Assembly: GCA_947627185.1 (NCBI GenBank)
Contig: CANQVF010000001.1
Coordinates: 35,404 to 99,403 of the forward strand
Reading direction: 5' to 3'
From: an uncultured Clostridia bacterium
GTDB taxonomy: Bacteria; Bacillota; Clostridia; TANB77; CAG-508
DNA: 64,000 nt
The notes beneath the pieces were generated by a model. It ran no database searches. It worked only from the letters and a program-made list of their open reading frames with translations, and was not told the origin of the DNA. Position numbers and translations under genes: made by a program. Positions 11,943 through 20,715 of the stretch are shown here, piece by piece. Every line of letters begins with the position of its first letter. The first letter of the stretch is position 1.

Positions 11943-11971
11943 TTGATATTTTTTTTTATTTAATATACAAT
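11943..11971 (+). promoter_or_regulatory. sigma-A-type promoter (TTGATA-17-TACAAT) upstream of the HDIG gene
   Basis: Hexamers and spacing read directly from the sequence. Confidence 0.4.
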
Positions 11972-12026
11972 TTACAAGGATAATAAAGAGAATTTTTACA
12001 TAAGATAAAATAAAAAAGGAGGATAT

Positions 12027-12686
12027 ATGGTAACTTTTGATGATGTTACAAACAATATCGAAGTTAAAGAATTAATAAAAAATGCTCAAAAACAACTTGA
12101 TGTTTTAGGATATACAGAACATTCTAATAGACATGTATCTGTTGTTGCAGAAAGAGCAGGAAATATTCTTAAAGCTTTAGGATATGATGAACATCGTATA
12201 GAACTGGCAAGAATTGCTGGATATATGCACGATATTGGTAATTCTGTAAATAGAGTCGATCATGCACATACTGGAGCAATATTAGCTTATAATATTTTAA
12301 AAGATATGAATATGAATGCTTCTGATAGAACAGAAATTATGATGGCTATAGGAAATCATGATGAATCTACTGGTACTGCAGTTAGCGATATATCTGCTGC
12401 TCTTATATTAGCTGATAAATCAGATGCACATAGAAGTAGAGTTTCCAAAAAAGATAGGAGTTTGTTTGATAAGCATGATGAGGTAAACTTTGCTGTTACA
12501 AATTCTGATCTTAAAATAGATATTGAAGAAAGAAAAGCAATTTTAAATTTAACAATAGATACTAAAATTTGTCCAGTTATTGATTATTTTGAAATATTTA
12601 TGGATAGAACAAAAATGAGTAAAAGGGCTGCAAAATATTTAGGATTATGGTTTGAATTAATTATAAATGATACAAACTTATTATAG
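12027..12686 (+). CDS. HD/HDIG-domain metal-dependent phosphohydrolase
   Basis: H..(NRHVSVV) ... AGYMHDIGN ... GNHDE motifs. RBS aaaggagga upstream. Confidence 0.65.
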   Translation: MVTFDDVTNNIEVKELIKNAQKQLDVLGYTEHSNRHVSVVAERAGNILKALGYDEHRIELARIAGYMHDIGNSVNRVDHAHTGAILAYNILKDMNMNASDRTEIMMAIGNHDESTGTAVSDISAALILADKSDAHRSRVSKKDRSLFDKHDEVNFAVTNSDLKIDIEERKAILNLTIDTKICPVIDYFEIFMDRTKMSKRAAKYLGLWFELIINDTNLL

Positions 12687-12698
12687 GAGGTAGTAGTT

Positions 12699-14129
12699 TT
12701 GGAAAAGAATTTAAAAAGAATTAGAACAATAGCAATATTATTATTAGCATTATTAATTATTGTTGGATCATTTTTAGGAGTATATGTTAAAAAATATGGT
12801 ATATGGAAAAACATATTACCAGATTTTAACTTAGGAATGGAATTAAAAGGTATAAGAGAATTACATTTTGTTTTAGATGATTCTGAAAATGAAAAAGAAA
12901 TATATGTTGATGCAAATGGAAATTATGCAGGAGATGTTAAATCTGATACATCTTCTAATACACAAATATCTTTAGAAACAGATGATGGTGAAAATGTTGA
13001 AAATGCAGATTCACAGCAAGAAGATAAAACAAATATTGAAGGATATACTAAAGAAACAAGAACAATAAAAGCAAATGAAGAAGCTAATATAACAAAAGAA
13101 AATTTTGAATTAGCTAAGAAAATAATACAATCAAGATTAGAAAAAATGGATGTATATGAATATAATATTAGATTAGATACTCTTACAGGGGAAATAATTA
13201 TAGAATTACCAGATGATGAAAATTTATCAATTGAACAAGCCTTGATTTCTACTGTTGGAAAAGTTGAAATTGTTGATTATCAAAATGGATTATTATTATT
13301 AGATGACTCACATTTAAAAAAGGCAACTATGCTTGCTTCAAATCAAAATAATCAGTATCAAGCATATCTACAATTAACTTTTGATAAAACTGGTGCAGAA
13401 AAATTAAAAGAAATTAGTAATAAATATCAAAAAACAACAGATGAAAGTGGAAATGAAAATATTAACTATATTTCAATAAAAATGGATGACCAAGTTCTTA
13501 GCACAACATATTTTGGAGAAGAATTATCAACTGGTATTATACAAATTCCTGTTGGTAATGCAACAGAAGATTATAACCAATATGTTGAAATAGCACAAAG
13601 TGTACAAATGATTGAAAATATTGTAAATGATGATTCATTACCATTATCATATACATTAAGTTCAGATAATCGTATTAATTCAGTTTTAACAAATGATGTT
13701 AAATTAATTGCAGAAATAGTATTTTTTGCTATCATATTAATAGTGTCATTGTTTTTGATAGTAAAATACAAATTAGAAGGATTCAAATTAGCAATATTAT
13801 CTTTAGGATATATTGGAATATTAAATCTTGTAATTAGATATACAAATGTTGTTATAACAGTAAATGGATTAATAGCACTTATTGGAGTAATTATTATAAA
13901 TTATATTTTTGTTATAAATTATTTAAGAAAATTAGGTACTAGTGAAATGAAAAGAACAGCTTTTCTAGAAACTATGAAAAAAATGTATTTAGCTATTATA
14001 CCAGTTTGTATAATTTCTATTATATTTACTTTTATGTCTAGTGTAGTTATAAGTAGTATAGGAATGATTTTATTCTGGGGATTATTTATACAAGCTATAT
14101 ACAATAATTTGTTTATAACAAATATTTAA
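12699..14129 (+). CDS. SecD-like RND-topology membrane protein (divergent)
   Basis: TTG start 8 nt after aggagg. TM1, then about 310 aa extracytoplasmic domain beginning LGMELKGIRELHFVLD (resembles the Sec_GG motif), then 5 C-terminal TMs. It lacks the canonical GMAVDANV SecD motif. Confidence 0.35.
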   Translation: MEKNLKRIRTIAILLLALLIIVGSFLGVYVKKYGIWKNILPDFNLGMELKGIRELHFVLDDSENEKEIYVDANGNYAGDVKSDTSSNTQISLETDDGENVENADSQQEDKTNIEGYTKETRTIKANEEANITKENFELAKKIIQSRLEKMDVYEYNIRLDTLTGEIIIELPDDENLSIEQALISTVGKVEIVDYQNGLLLLDDSHLKKATMLASNQNNQYQAYLQLTFDKTGAEKLKEISNKYQKTTDESGNENINYISIKMDDQVLSTTYFGEELSTGIIQIPVGNATEDYNQYVEIAQSVQMIENIVNDDSLPLSYTLSSDNRINSVLTNDVKLIAEIVFFAIILIVSLFLIVKYKLEGFKLAILSLGYIGILNLVIRYTNVVITVNGLIALIGVIIINYIFVINYLRKLGTSEMKRTAFLETMKKMYLAIIPVCIISIIFTFMSSVVISSIGMILFWGLFIQAIYNNLFITNI

Positions 14130-14157
14130 AATAATAGTTTATAGAAGGAGAAAAAAT

Positions 14158-14799
14158 ATGAAATTGAGTGGAAGTAAAAAAATAATATTATTAGGCTTAG
14201 TTCTTTTGATTATTGCTGGAATTGTAATAGTAGCTTTAAAAGGATTTAATGTATATATAATGTTAGAACAACATGAATCAATAAATATGGTAATAGGAAA
14301 AGAAATTAACTTAAATGACATTAAAAATATTTGCAAAGAAGTATTTGGAAATAAAACAGTAGTTGTAAGATCAGTTGAATTTTTTAATGATTCTTTTAAT
14401 ATTAATGTACAATCTATTACTGATGAAGAAAAGGCTAACCTTGTAAATAAAATAAATGAAAAATATACAACAGATTTTAAAGCAGAAGATATATCAGTAG
14501 TTAAAGTATCAAATGTAAGAATTAGAGATTTAGTAAGACCTTATATAAAACCTGTAATTGCATCAGTTATCGTAATTATAGCATATTTAATTATAAGATT
14601 TAGAAAAATGAATACATTTAAATTACTAGGCAAATTATTTGCTATAATTGCATTAACAGAATTATCTTTAGCTAGTATAATAGCAATAGCAAGAGTTCCA
14701 GTCTCACCAGTTATTGTAAATTTAATGACAGTTATTGCAGTAGTAGAATTAGTTTTATATATTAATAAACAAGAAAAGGAATATGAAAATCAAGATTAA
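14158..14799 (+). CDS. SecF-like small membrane protein (divergent; 1+3 TM with about 100-aa loop)
   Basis: RBS gaaggagaaaaaat ATG. Topology TM, loop, 3 TM. Immediately follows the SecD-like gene in an operon-like arrangement. No strong motif match. Confidence 0.3.
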   Translation: MKLSGSKKIILLGLVLLIIAGIVIVALKGFNVYIMLEQHESINMVIGKEINLNDIKNICKEVFGNKTVVVRSVEFFNDSFNINVQSITDEEKANLVNKINEKYTTDFKAEDISVVKVSNVRIRDLVRPYIKPVIASVIVIIAYLIIRFRKMNTFKLLGKLFAIIALTELSLASIIAIARVPVSPVIVNLMTVIAVVELVLYINKQEKEYENQD

Positions 14800-14934
14800 T
14801 ATAATAAAAACACTTGATTTTTATAATAAAATATAGTAAAATAGTTTTGCTAAATTACCATAGACTTAGTTTAAAGAAAAAACCTACTTTATACTCAGTT
14901 TGTGGCAAATAAAATAAATAGGAGGTTAATGATT

Positions 14935-15198
14935 ATGACTAAAGAAAGAAAACAAGAAATTATTAATACTTATAAAAGAGAAGAGAACGATACAGGTTCT
15001 CCAGAAGTACAAATTGCACTTTTATCAGAAAGAATTTCAGAATTAACAGAACATTTAAAGGTTCATAAAAAAGATAATCACTCTAGAAGAGGATTATTAA
15101 AAATGATTGGTAAAAGAAGAAATTTGTTAAATTATTTAGCAAAGAAAGATATCAACAGATATAGAGAAATTGTTAAAAAATTAAATTTAAGAAAATAA
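14935..15198 (+). CDS. rpsO: 30S ribosomal protein S15
   Basis: RBS taggaggt, then ATG at 14935. [62 protein letters not shown], the canonical S15. Confidence 0.95.
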   Translation: MTKERKQEIINTYKREENDTGSPEVQIALLSERISELTEHLKVHKKDNHSRRGLLKMIGKRRNLLNYLAKKDINRYREIVKKLNLRK

Positions 15199-15202
15199 TA
15201 AA

Positions 15203-15230
15203 AAGCTCGGATTTGTTCCGAGTTTTTTTT
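15203..15230 (+). terminator. rho-independent terminator after rpsO
   Basis: Hairpin ctcgga-tttgt-tccgag followed by T8. Confidence 0.8.
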
Positions 15231-15295
15231 ATTTGAATAATTTATAAATTATTTATTTAAACTATTTAATTAATCATTATTAATTATTGTTTACT

Positions 15296-15365
15296 ATTTA
15301 TTATTTATTAATTATTATTTATTAATTATTATTTATTAATTATTATTTATTATTTATTATTTATC
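15296..15365. repeat. AT-only tandem repeat, about 17-bp unit (ttatttattaattatta), about 3.5 copies
   Basis: Direct visual periodicity in the rpsO-pnp spacer. Confidence 0.7.
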
Positions 15366-15366
15366 T

Positions 15367-15525
15367 TTATTATAACTGTTTAATTATTAGTTTTTTAGTA
15401 ACGCGTAAGCGACCAACCGAAGCGAAAGCGAAGGGCGAATGGAGCAATCTTCATTTATTTTTTTATAAAAAGGAAGATTGCGACACCAAGTTACTATTAA
15501 ACTAATAATTAAACAGTTATAATAA
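15367..15525. repeat. 27-bp perfect inverted repeat flanking a GC-rich about 87-nt core
   Basis: Left arm 15367-15393 ttattataactgtttaattattagttt. Right arm 15499-15525 is its exact reverse complement. Nested agtaac (15397) / gttact (15490). Inner hairpin gcaatcttc (15445) / gaagattgc (15473). Core about 55% GC against a 27% background. Confidence 0.85.
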
Positions 15526-15526
15526 T

Positions 15527-15600
15527 AAGAAGAATATAAAAATTAATTTAAAGAATATAAAAATTAATTTAAAGAATATAAAAATTAATTTAAAGATTAT
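15527..15600. repeat. 22-bp tandem direct repeat (aagaatataaaaattaatttaa), 3 copies, with degenerate copies extending to about 15650
   Basis: Three perfect 22-bp copies starting 15527, 15549, 15571, then decayed units. Confidence 0.8.
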
Positions 15601-15872
15601 AATAATTAACTTGAAGAATATAAAAATTAATTTTTAAATTATAATAATAATAATTTAAAAATTATTATAGTAATAGAAATAAAATTAATATTTGGAATTA
15701 TCATAAAATCTAGAAATAAATATTATCTTGATTTTTTTATGTTAATATAGTAAAATATTCATGGTTATTTATTTGAAAGAGTAGCTTGTACAATGTATTA
15801 TTAAATTTAAAATATATTGTAGAGGTTACATTTCAAATAAATAGATAAATTTATTTATAGGAGGAATGTAAA

Positions 15873-17978
15873 ATGTTTAAAACTTATAGTATGGAATTAG
15901 CAGGAAGAACACTTACTATAGAAACAGGAAAAATGGCAGGACTTGCCAATGGAAGTGTACTTGTAAAGTATGGAGAAACAACTGTACTTGTTAATGTTAC
16001 AGCTTCAAAAGAGCCAAAAGAAGGAATAGATTTTTTCCCACTTTCAGTAGATTATGAAGAAAGATTATATGCAGTTGGAAAAATACCTGGTGGTTTTACA
16101 AAAAGAGAAGGAAAACCAACAGATAAAGCAATTTTAACTGCTAGAGCAATTGATAGACCAATTAGACCATTATTTCCAAAAGATTTTAGAAATGATGTTG
16201 TTGTTAGTTGCTTAGTTTTATCAGTTGAGCAAGATTGTTCACCAGAAGTTTGTAGTATGATAGGAACTTCTGCTGCACTTTCAATTTCTGATATACCATT
16301 TGGAGGACCAACAGCTGCTGTTGCAGTAGGATATGTTGATGATAAAATAGTTATAAATCCTACTGAAGAACAAAGAAAAAATAGTAGATTAACATTAACT
16401 GTTGCAGGAACAAAAGATAAAATTGCTATGATAGAGGCTGGTGCCGATGAAATTCCTAATAAAACAATGTTAGAAGCAATTAAAGTAGCACATGTAGAAA
16501 TTAAAAAAGTATGTGAATTTATTCAAAAAATAAAAGATGAAATAGGAAAACCAAAATTTGAATATACTTCTTTTGCTGTAAATGAAGAAGTTTATGAAAT
16601 AATTGCAAATGAATTTTCAGAAAGAATGAAACAAGATGTTCAAACACCAGATAAACCAGAAAGAGATGAAAAAATAGACAAGCTTTCTGAAGATGTTAAA
16701 AATTGGTATATTGAAAAATTTGGAGAAGAAAAAGCAGAAGAAGACAAAGTAGCTATTGCAGATGCAATATATAAACTAGAAAAGAAAACTGTTAGAAAAT
16801 TAATATTAGAAGAAGGTAAAAGAGTTGATGGTAGAGGAATATATGATATAAGACCTTTATCTTGTGAAGTAGGATTAATTCCTAGAGTTCATGGTAGCAG
16901 TTTATTTAATAGAGGAAGAACACAAGTAATGTCAATTGTAACTTTAGGAATGAAAAGTGAAGAGCAAATTTTAGATGGTTTAGATACAGAAGAATCAAAA
17001 AGATATATGCATCAATATAATTTTCCAGGATATAGTGTTGGAGAAGCAAAATCTTCTCGTGGACCTGGAAGAAGAGAAATTGGACATGGCGCATTAGCTG
17101 AAAAAGCATTAGTTCCAGTTCTTCCAAGTGTAGAAGAATTTCCTTATTCAATAAGAGTTGTATCTGAAATTTTAAGTTCAAATGGCTCTACTTCACAAGG
17201 AAGTATTTGTGCATCTACTTTAGCATTAATGGATGCAGGTGTTCCAATAAAAAAACCAGTTGCTGGCATTTCAACAGGATTAATCACAGATGAAAATGAT
17301 CCAAGTAAATATGTTGTTATAACAGATATTCAAGGAATTGAAGATTTCTTTGGGGACATGGATTTTAAAGTTGGTGGAACAAAAGATGGAATTACTGCAA
17401 TTCAAGTAGATATTAAAGTAGATGGATTAAGCTATGAAATTATTGAAGAAGCTTTTGAAAGAACAGCAAAAGCAAGAGCATATATTTTAGATGAAATAAT
17501 GCTTCCACAAATTTCTGAACCTAGAAAAGAAATTTCAAAATATGCTCCAAAAATTATTAATATGCAAATTAATCCAGAAAAAATAAAAGATGTTATTGGT
17601 TCTGGTGGAAAAGTTATTAATAAAATTATTGAAGAAACAGGAGTTAAAATTGATATAGAAGAAGATGGTTCTGTATTTATTTATTCAGATGATATTGAAT
17701 CAGCAAGAAAAGCTCAAGAAATTATTGAAGAAATAACAAGAGAAATAGAAGTAGATGGAATTTATACTGGAAAAGTTACAAAAATTGCTACTTTCGGAGC
17801 ATTTATAGATTTAGGTGGAGGAAAAGAAGGATTACTTCATATTTCTAAAATTTCAAAAGAAAGAATAAATAAAGTTGAAGATGTATTAAAAGTTGGAGAT
17901 GAAGTTACTGTAAAAGTATATGAAATAGATGAACAAGGCAGAATTAATCTAACAAGAAAAGACTTATATAGTGAATAA
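15873..17978 (+). CDS. pnp: polyribonucleotide nucleotidyltransferase (PNPase)
   Basis: 701 aa. Two RNase PH domains, then KH and S1 domains (..GKVTKIATFGAFIDLGGGKEGLLHISKIS..). RBS taggagga. Confidence 0.95.
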   Translation: MFKTYSMELAGRTLTIETGKMAGLANGSVLVKYGETTVLVNVTASKEPKEGIDFFPLSVDYEERLYAVGKIPGGFTKREGKPTDKAILTARAIDRPIRPLFPKDFRNDVVVSCLVLSVEQDCSPEVCSMIGTSAALSISDIPFGGPTAAVAVGYVDDKIVINPTEEQRKNSRLTLTVAGTKDKIAMIEAGADEIPNKTMLEAIKVAHVEIKKVCEFIQKIKDEIGKPKFEYTSFAVNEEVYEIIANEFSERMKQDVQTPDKPERDEKIDKLSEDVKNWYIEKFGEEKAEEDKVAIADAIYKLEKKTVRKLILEEGKRVDGRGIYDIRPLSCEVGLIPRVHGSSLFNRGRTQVMSIVTLGMKSEEQILDGLDTEESKRYMHQYNFPGYSVGEAKSSRGPGRREIGHGALAEKALVPVLPSVEEFPYSIRVVSEILSSNGSTSQGSICASTLALMDAGVPIKKPVAGISTGLITDENDPSKYVVITDIQGIEDFFGDMDFKVGGTKDGITAIQVDIKVDGLSYEIIEEAFERTAKARAYILDEIMLPQISEPRKEISKYAPKIINMQINPEKIKDVIGSGGKVINKIIEETGVKIDIEEDGSVFIYSDDIESARKAQEIIEEITREIEVDGIYTGKVTKIATFGAFIDLGGGKEGLLHISKISKERINKVEDVLKVGDEVTVKVYEIDEQGRINLTRKDLYSE

Positions 17979-17983
17979 AAAGA

Positions 17984-18013
17984 AAATAGGTGTTTTTAGC
18001 ACCTATTTTTTTG
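17984..18013 (+). terminator. rho-independent terminator after pnp
   Basis: Hairpin aataggtg-tttttag-cacctatt followed by a T-run. Confidence 0.75.
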
Positions 18014-18183
18014 TAAAAAAATATAAATTTTGTTAAATTTTTTTTATAAAAATAAAAAAAATTAAGTAATTAAAAATTTTCATATAATTGGAGTAATAAA
18101 AATTATATAAAATAGTATAATAAAAGTATAAAAAACACTAGAATAAACGCAATTTTGGAAATTATTAATTTTTTCAAAAAAAC

Positions 18184-18212
18184 TTGAAAAATTTTCCATG
18201 AGATGCTATAAT
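18184..18212 (+). promoter_or_regulatory. sigma-A consensus promoter TTGAAA-17-TATAAT
   Basis: Hexamers at 18184 and 18207 with a 17-nt spacer. Lies about 70 nt upstream of the GT2 gene. Confidence 0.5.
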
Positions 18213-18284
18213 ATAAAAGGTGTATAAATATAGAATTAATCTATATATAAAATAAACTCAAAACATATGAAAAGAGGTTAAAAA

Positions 18285-19526
18285 ATGAAGTATTTATATC
18301 TTTTACAACAAGCATTGATATGGTTAATAACAATATATTGGGCATATCAAATTGTAGTTAGTTTTTGTTCTTTAATAAAATTAAAAGATAAAAAATTAAT
18401 AGTAGAAAAAGATCATAAATTTATGGCAATTGTTCCAGCACACAATGAAGAAAATGTTATTAAAAATCTTGTAGAAAGTTTAAAAGCACAGGACTATCCT
18501 AAAGATTTATACGATATATATGTTATTGCTGATAATTGTACCGATGCTACAGCAGAAATAGCAAAGGAAGCAGGTGCAAAAGTTTTAAAAAGATTTGATG
18601 AAGCACATAAAACAAAAGGTTATGCGTTAAATTGGTTTTTAAAACAAAAAATAGAAGAAAATGCAGATTATGATGCTTTTTGTGTATTCGATGCTGATAA
18701 TATTGTTGATAAAAACTTCTTGAAAAATATGAATAAAAAACTTTGCCAAGGTGAAGAAATAGTGCAAGGTTATAGAGATATAAAAAATCCTACAGATTCT
18801 TGGATTACAGGTGGATATGCAATATTTTATTGGATGATGAATAGATTTTATCATTTAGCAAGATATAATTTAGGATTATCACCATTAATTAATGGAACAG
18901 GTTTTATGGTTAAATTTGATATAGTAAAACCAAATGGATGGCAAACTATCACATTAACAGAAGATATAGAGTTTTCTCTAATAAATATTGCTAAAGGAAG
19001 AAAATTAGGTTGGGCAACAGATGCTATTGTATATGATGAACAACCAGTTAATTTTAGTCAAAGTTGGTCACAACGTTCTAGATGGACAGTAGGACATCTT
19101 CAATGTATGAAAGCTTATACTAAGGATTTAGCAAAAGGTGTAGTAGATCATAAAACACTTATGAATTTTGATGGTTTATTATATATGTTTGGTATTCCAA
19201 TGATGATATTAACATTTGTATTATTAGGAATTAATGGTTTACTTTATCTAGGAGCTGAAATGACAGCTGCTGAATTAATTGGAAATTATGCAAGATATTT
19301 AATTGCAACTTTTATATTACCAGTTATTACAGGTACACTAATCATGGCTTTAGATAAAAGAAAAATAAAACCAATGCTTAAAGCTATACTTTGTTATCCA
19401 TTATTTTTAGGTTCATGGATAGCTATAAATGTTAAATGTCTTGTAAAACCAAACACAAAATGGGAAAAAATCGAACATGTTAGAGATATAAATATTCAAG
19501 AAGTAAAACAAGAAACAATTAGTTAA
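18285..19526 (+). CDS. family 2 glycosyltransferase, membrane-integrated processive synthase type (PgaC/IcaA/cellulose-synthase-like)
   Basis: N-terminal TM. GT-A core IVPAHNEE, DAD motif, Q(R)SRW motif (SQRSRWTVGHLQ). 4 C-terminal TMs. Confidence 0.6.
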   Translation: MKYLYLLQQALIWLITIYWAYQIVVSFCSLIKLKDKKLIVEKDHKFMAIVPAHNEENVIKNLVESLKAQDYPKDLYDIYVIADNCTDATAEIAKEAGAKVLKRFDEAHKTKGYALNWFLKQKIEENADYDAFCVFDADNIVDKNFLKNMNKKLCQGEEIVQGYRDIKNPTDSWITGGYAIFYWMMNRFYHLARYNLGLSPLINGTGFMVKFDIVKPNGWQTITLTEDIEFSLINIAKGRKLGWATDAIVYDEQPVNFSQSWSQRSRWTVGHLQCMKAYTKDLAKGVVDHKTLMNFDGLLYMFGIPMMILTFVLLGINGLLYLGAEMTAAELIGNYARYLIATFILPVITGTLIMALDKRKIKPMLKAILCYPLFLGSWIAINVKCLVKPNTKWEKIEHVRDINIQEVKQETIS

Positions 19527-19797
19527 TTATTAATTAGAATAAAAGGGGTAGAAATTTATCTATCCTTTTTTTATTTTAAATAAATTAAAAATATATGAAT
19601 AACCTAGTATATAAATTGATTTTATGTGTCTTATTTAAAATTAATTTTTATTTGTTAAAATTTTTAATATAAAATTATAAAATGAATGTTACAAATTTAC
19701 TTTTTTACTTGTAAAAAATGTAGAAAAATGATAGTATTACTATGTGCTTTTTCAGCATATAATTTTAATAATAAATTGCAAGAGGAGAATTTTACGA

Positions 19798-20715
19798 ATG
19801 TCATATTTTGAAGAGCATTTAGAAAAAATTATAGATAAAAAAAATATATATATAGATGAGCCAATGTCTAAACATACTTCTTTTAAAATTGGTGGAAAAG
19901 CAGATTATTTTATATTAGTAAATTCTATTGATGAATTAAAAAGAGTTTTAGATTTATTAAGAGAAACTAAAATGCAATTTGTTGTTTTAGGAAATGGTAC
20001 TAATGTATTAATAAGAGATGGAGGAATTAGAGGAGTTGTAATTAAATTAGAGTTAAAAGAATTCAAAATAAAAAGAAATGCAAATGAAATTTTAATTACA
20101 GCTGAATCTGGAATATCTTTAGCAACATTATCATCAATTGCAATGAAAGAAGAAATAGAAGGATTAGAGTTTTTATCAGGAATACCAGGAACTTTAGGTG
20201 GAGCAATAAGAATGAATGCTGGTGCTTATGGAAAACAAATGCAAGATATTGTAGTAAAAACTAGATATATTACTTTAGATGGAAAAATTAAAACCTTAAA
20301 TTTAAAACAACATAATTTTAAATACAGATATAGTGTGTTTGAAAATAATGAAGGAATTATTATAGATTGCACTGTGAAAGCACAAAGTGGAAATAAATTA
20401 GAAATAGAAGAAAAAATAAAAGAATATTCAAAATTAAGAAAAGAGAATCAACCATTAGAATTTCCTAGTGCAGGTAGCACTTTTAAAAGAACAGAAATTA
20501 TGCCAACAGCAAAAATAATTGATGAATGTGGTTTAAAAGGATATAGTATTGGAGATGCTGAGGTATCTACCAAACATGCTGGATTTATTATTAATAAAGG
20601 AAAAGCAACAGCAAAAGATGTATTAAAGTTGATTGATTACGTGAAAAAAATAGTAAAAGAAAAGAAAAATTTAGACATAGAGTTAGAAATATTAGTTTTA
20701 GGAGATGAAAAATAA
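19798..20715 (+). CDS. murB: UDP-N-acetylenolpyruvoylglucosamine reductase
   Basis: ATG at 19798 after agaggaga. FKIGGKADYF ... LGNGTNVLIRDGGIRGVVI, the FAD-binding MurB signature. Confidence 0.9.
   Translation: MSYFEEHLEKIIDKKNIYIDEPMSKHTSFKIGGKADYFILVNSIDELKRVLDLLRETKMQFVVLGNGTNVLIRDGGIRGVVIKLELKEFKIKRNANEILITAESGISLATLSSIAMKEEIEGLEFLSGIPGTLGGAIRMNAGAYGKQMQDIVVKTRYITLDGKIKTLNLKQHNFKYRYSVFENNEGIIIDCTVKAQSGNKLEIEEKIKEYSKLRKENQPLEFPSAGSTFKRTEIMPTAKIIDECGLKGYSIGDAEVSTKHAGFIINKGKATAKDVLKLIDYVKKIVKEKKNLDIELEILVLGDEK

Noticed and set aside
15296-15650. CRISPR array as an explanation for the tandem repeats in the rpsO-pnp spacer
   Set aside because: The repeats are contiguous, AT-only 17- and 22-bp units with no unique spacers between them. 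No cas genes are present in the window.
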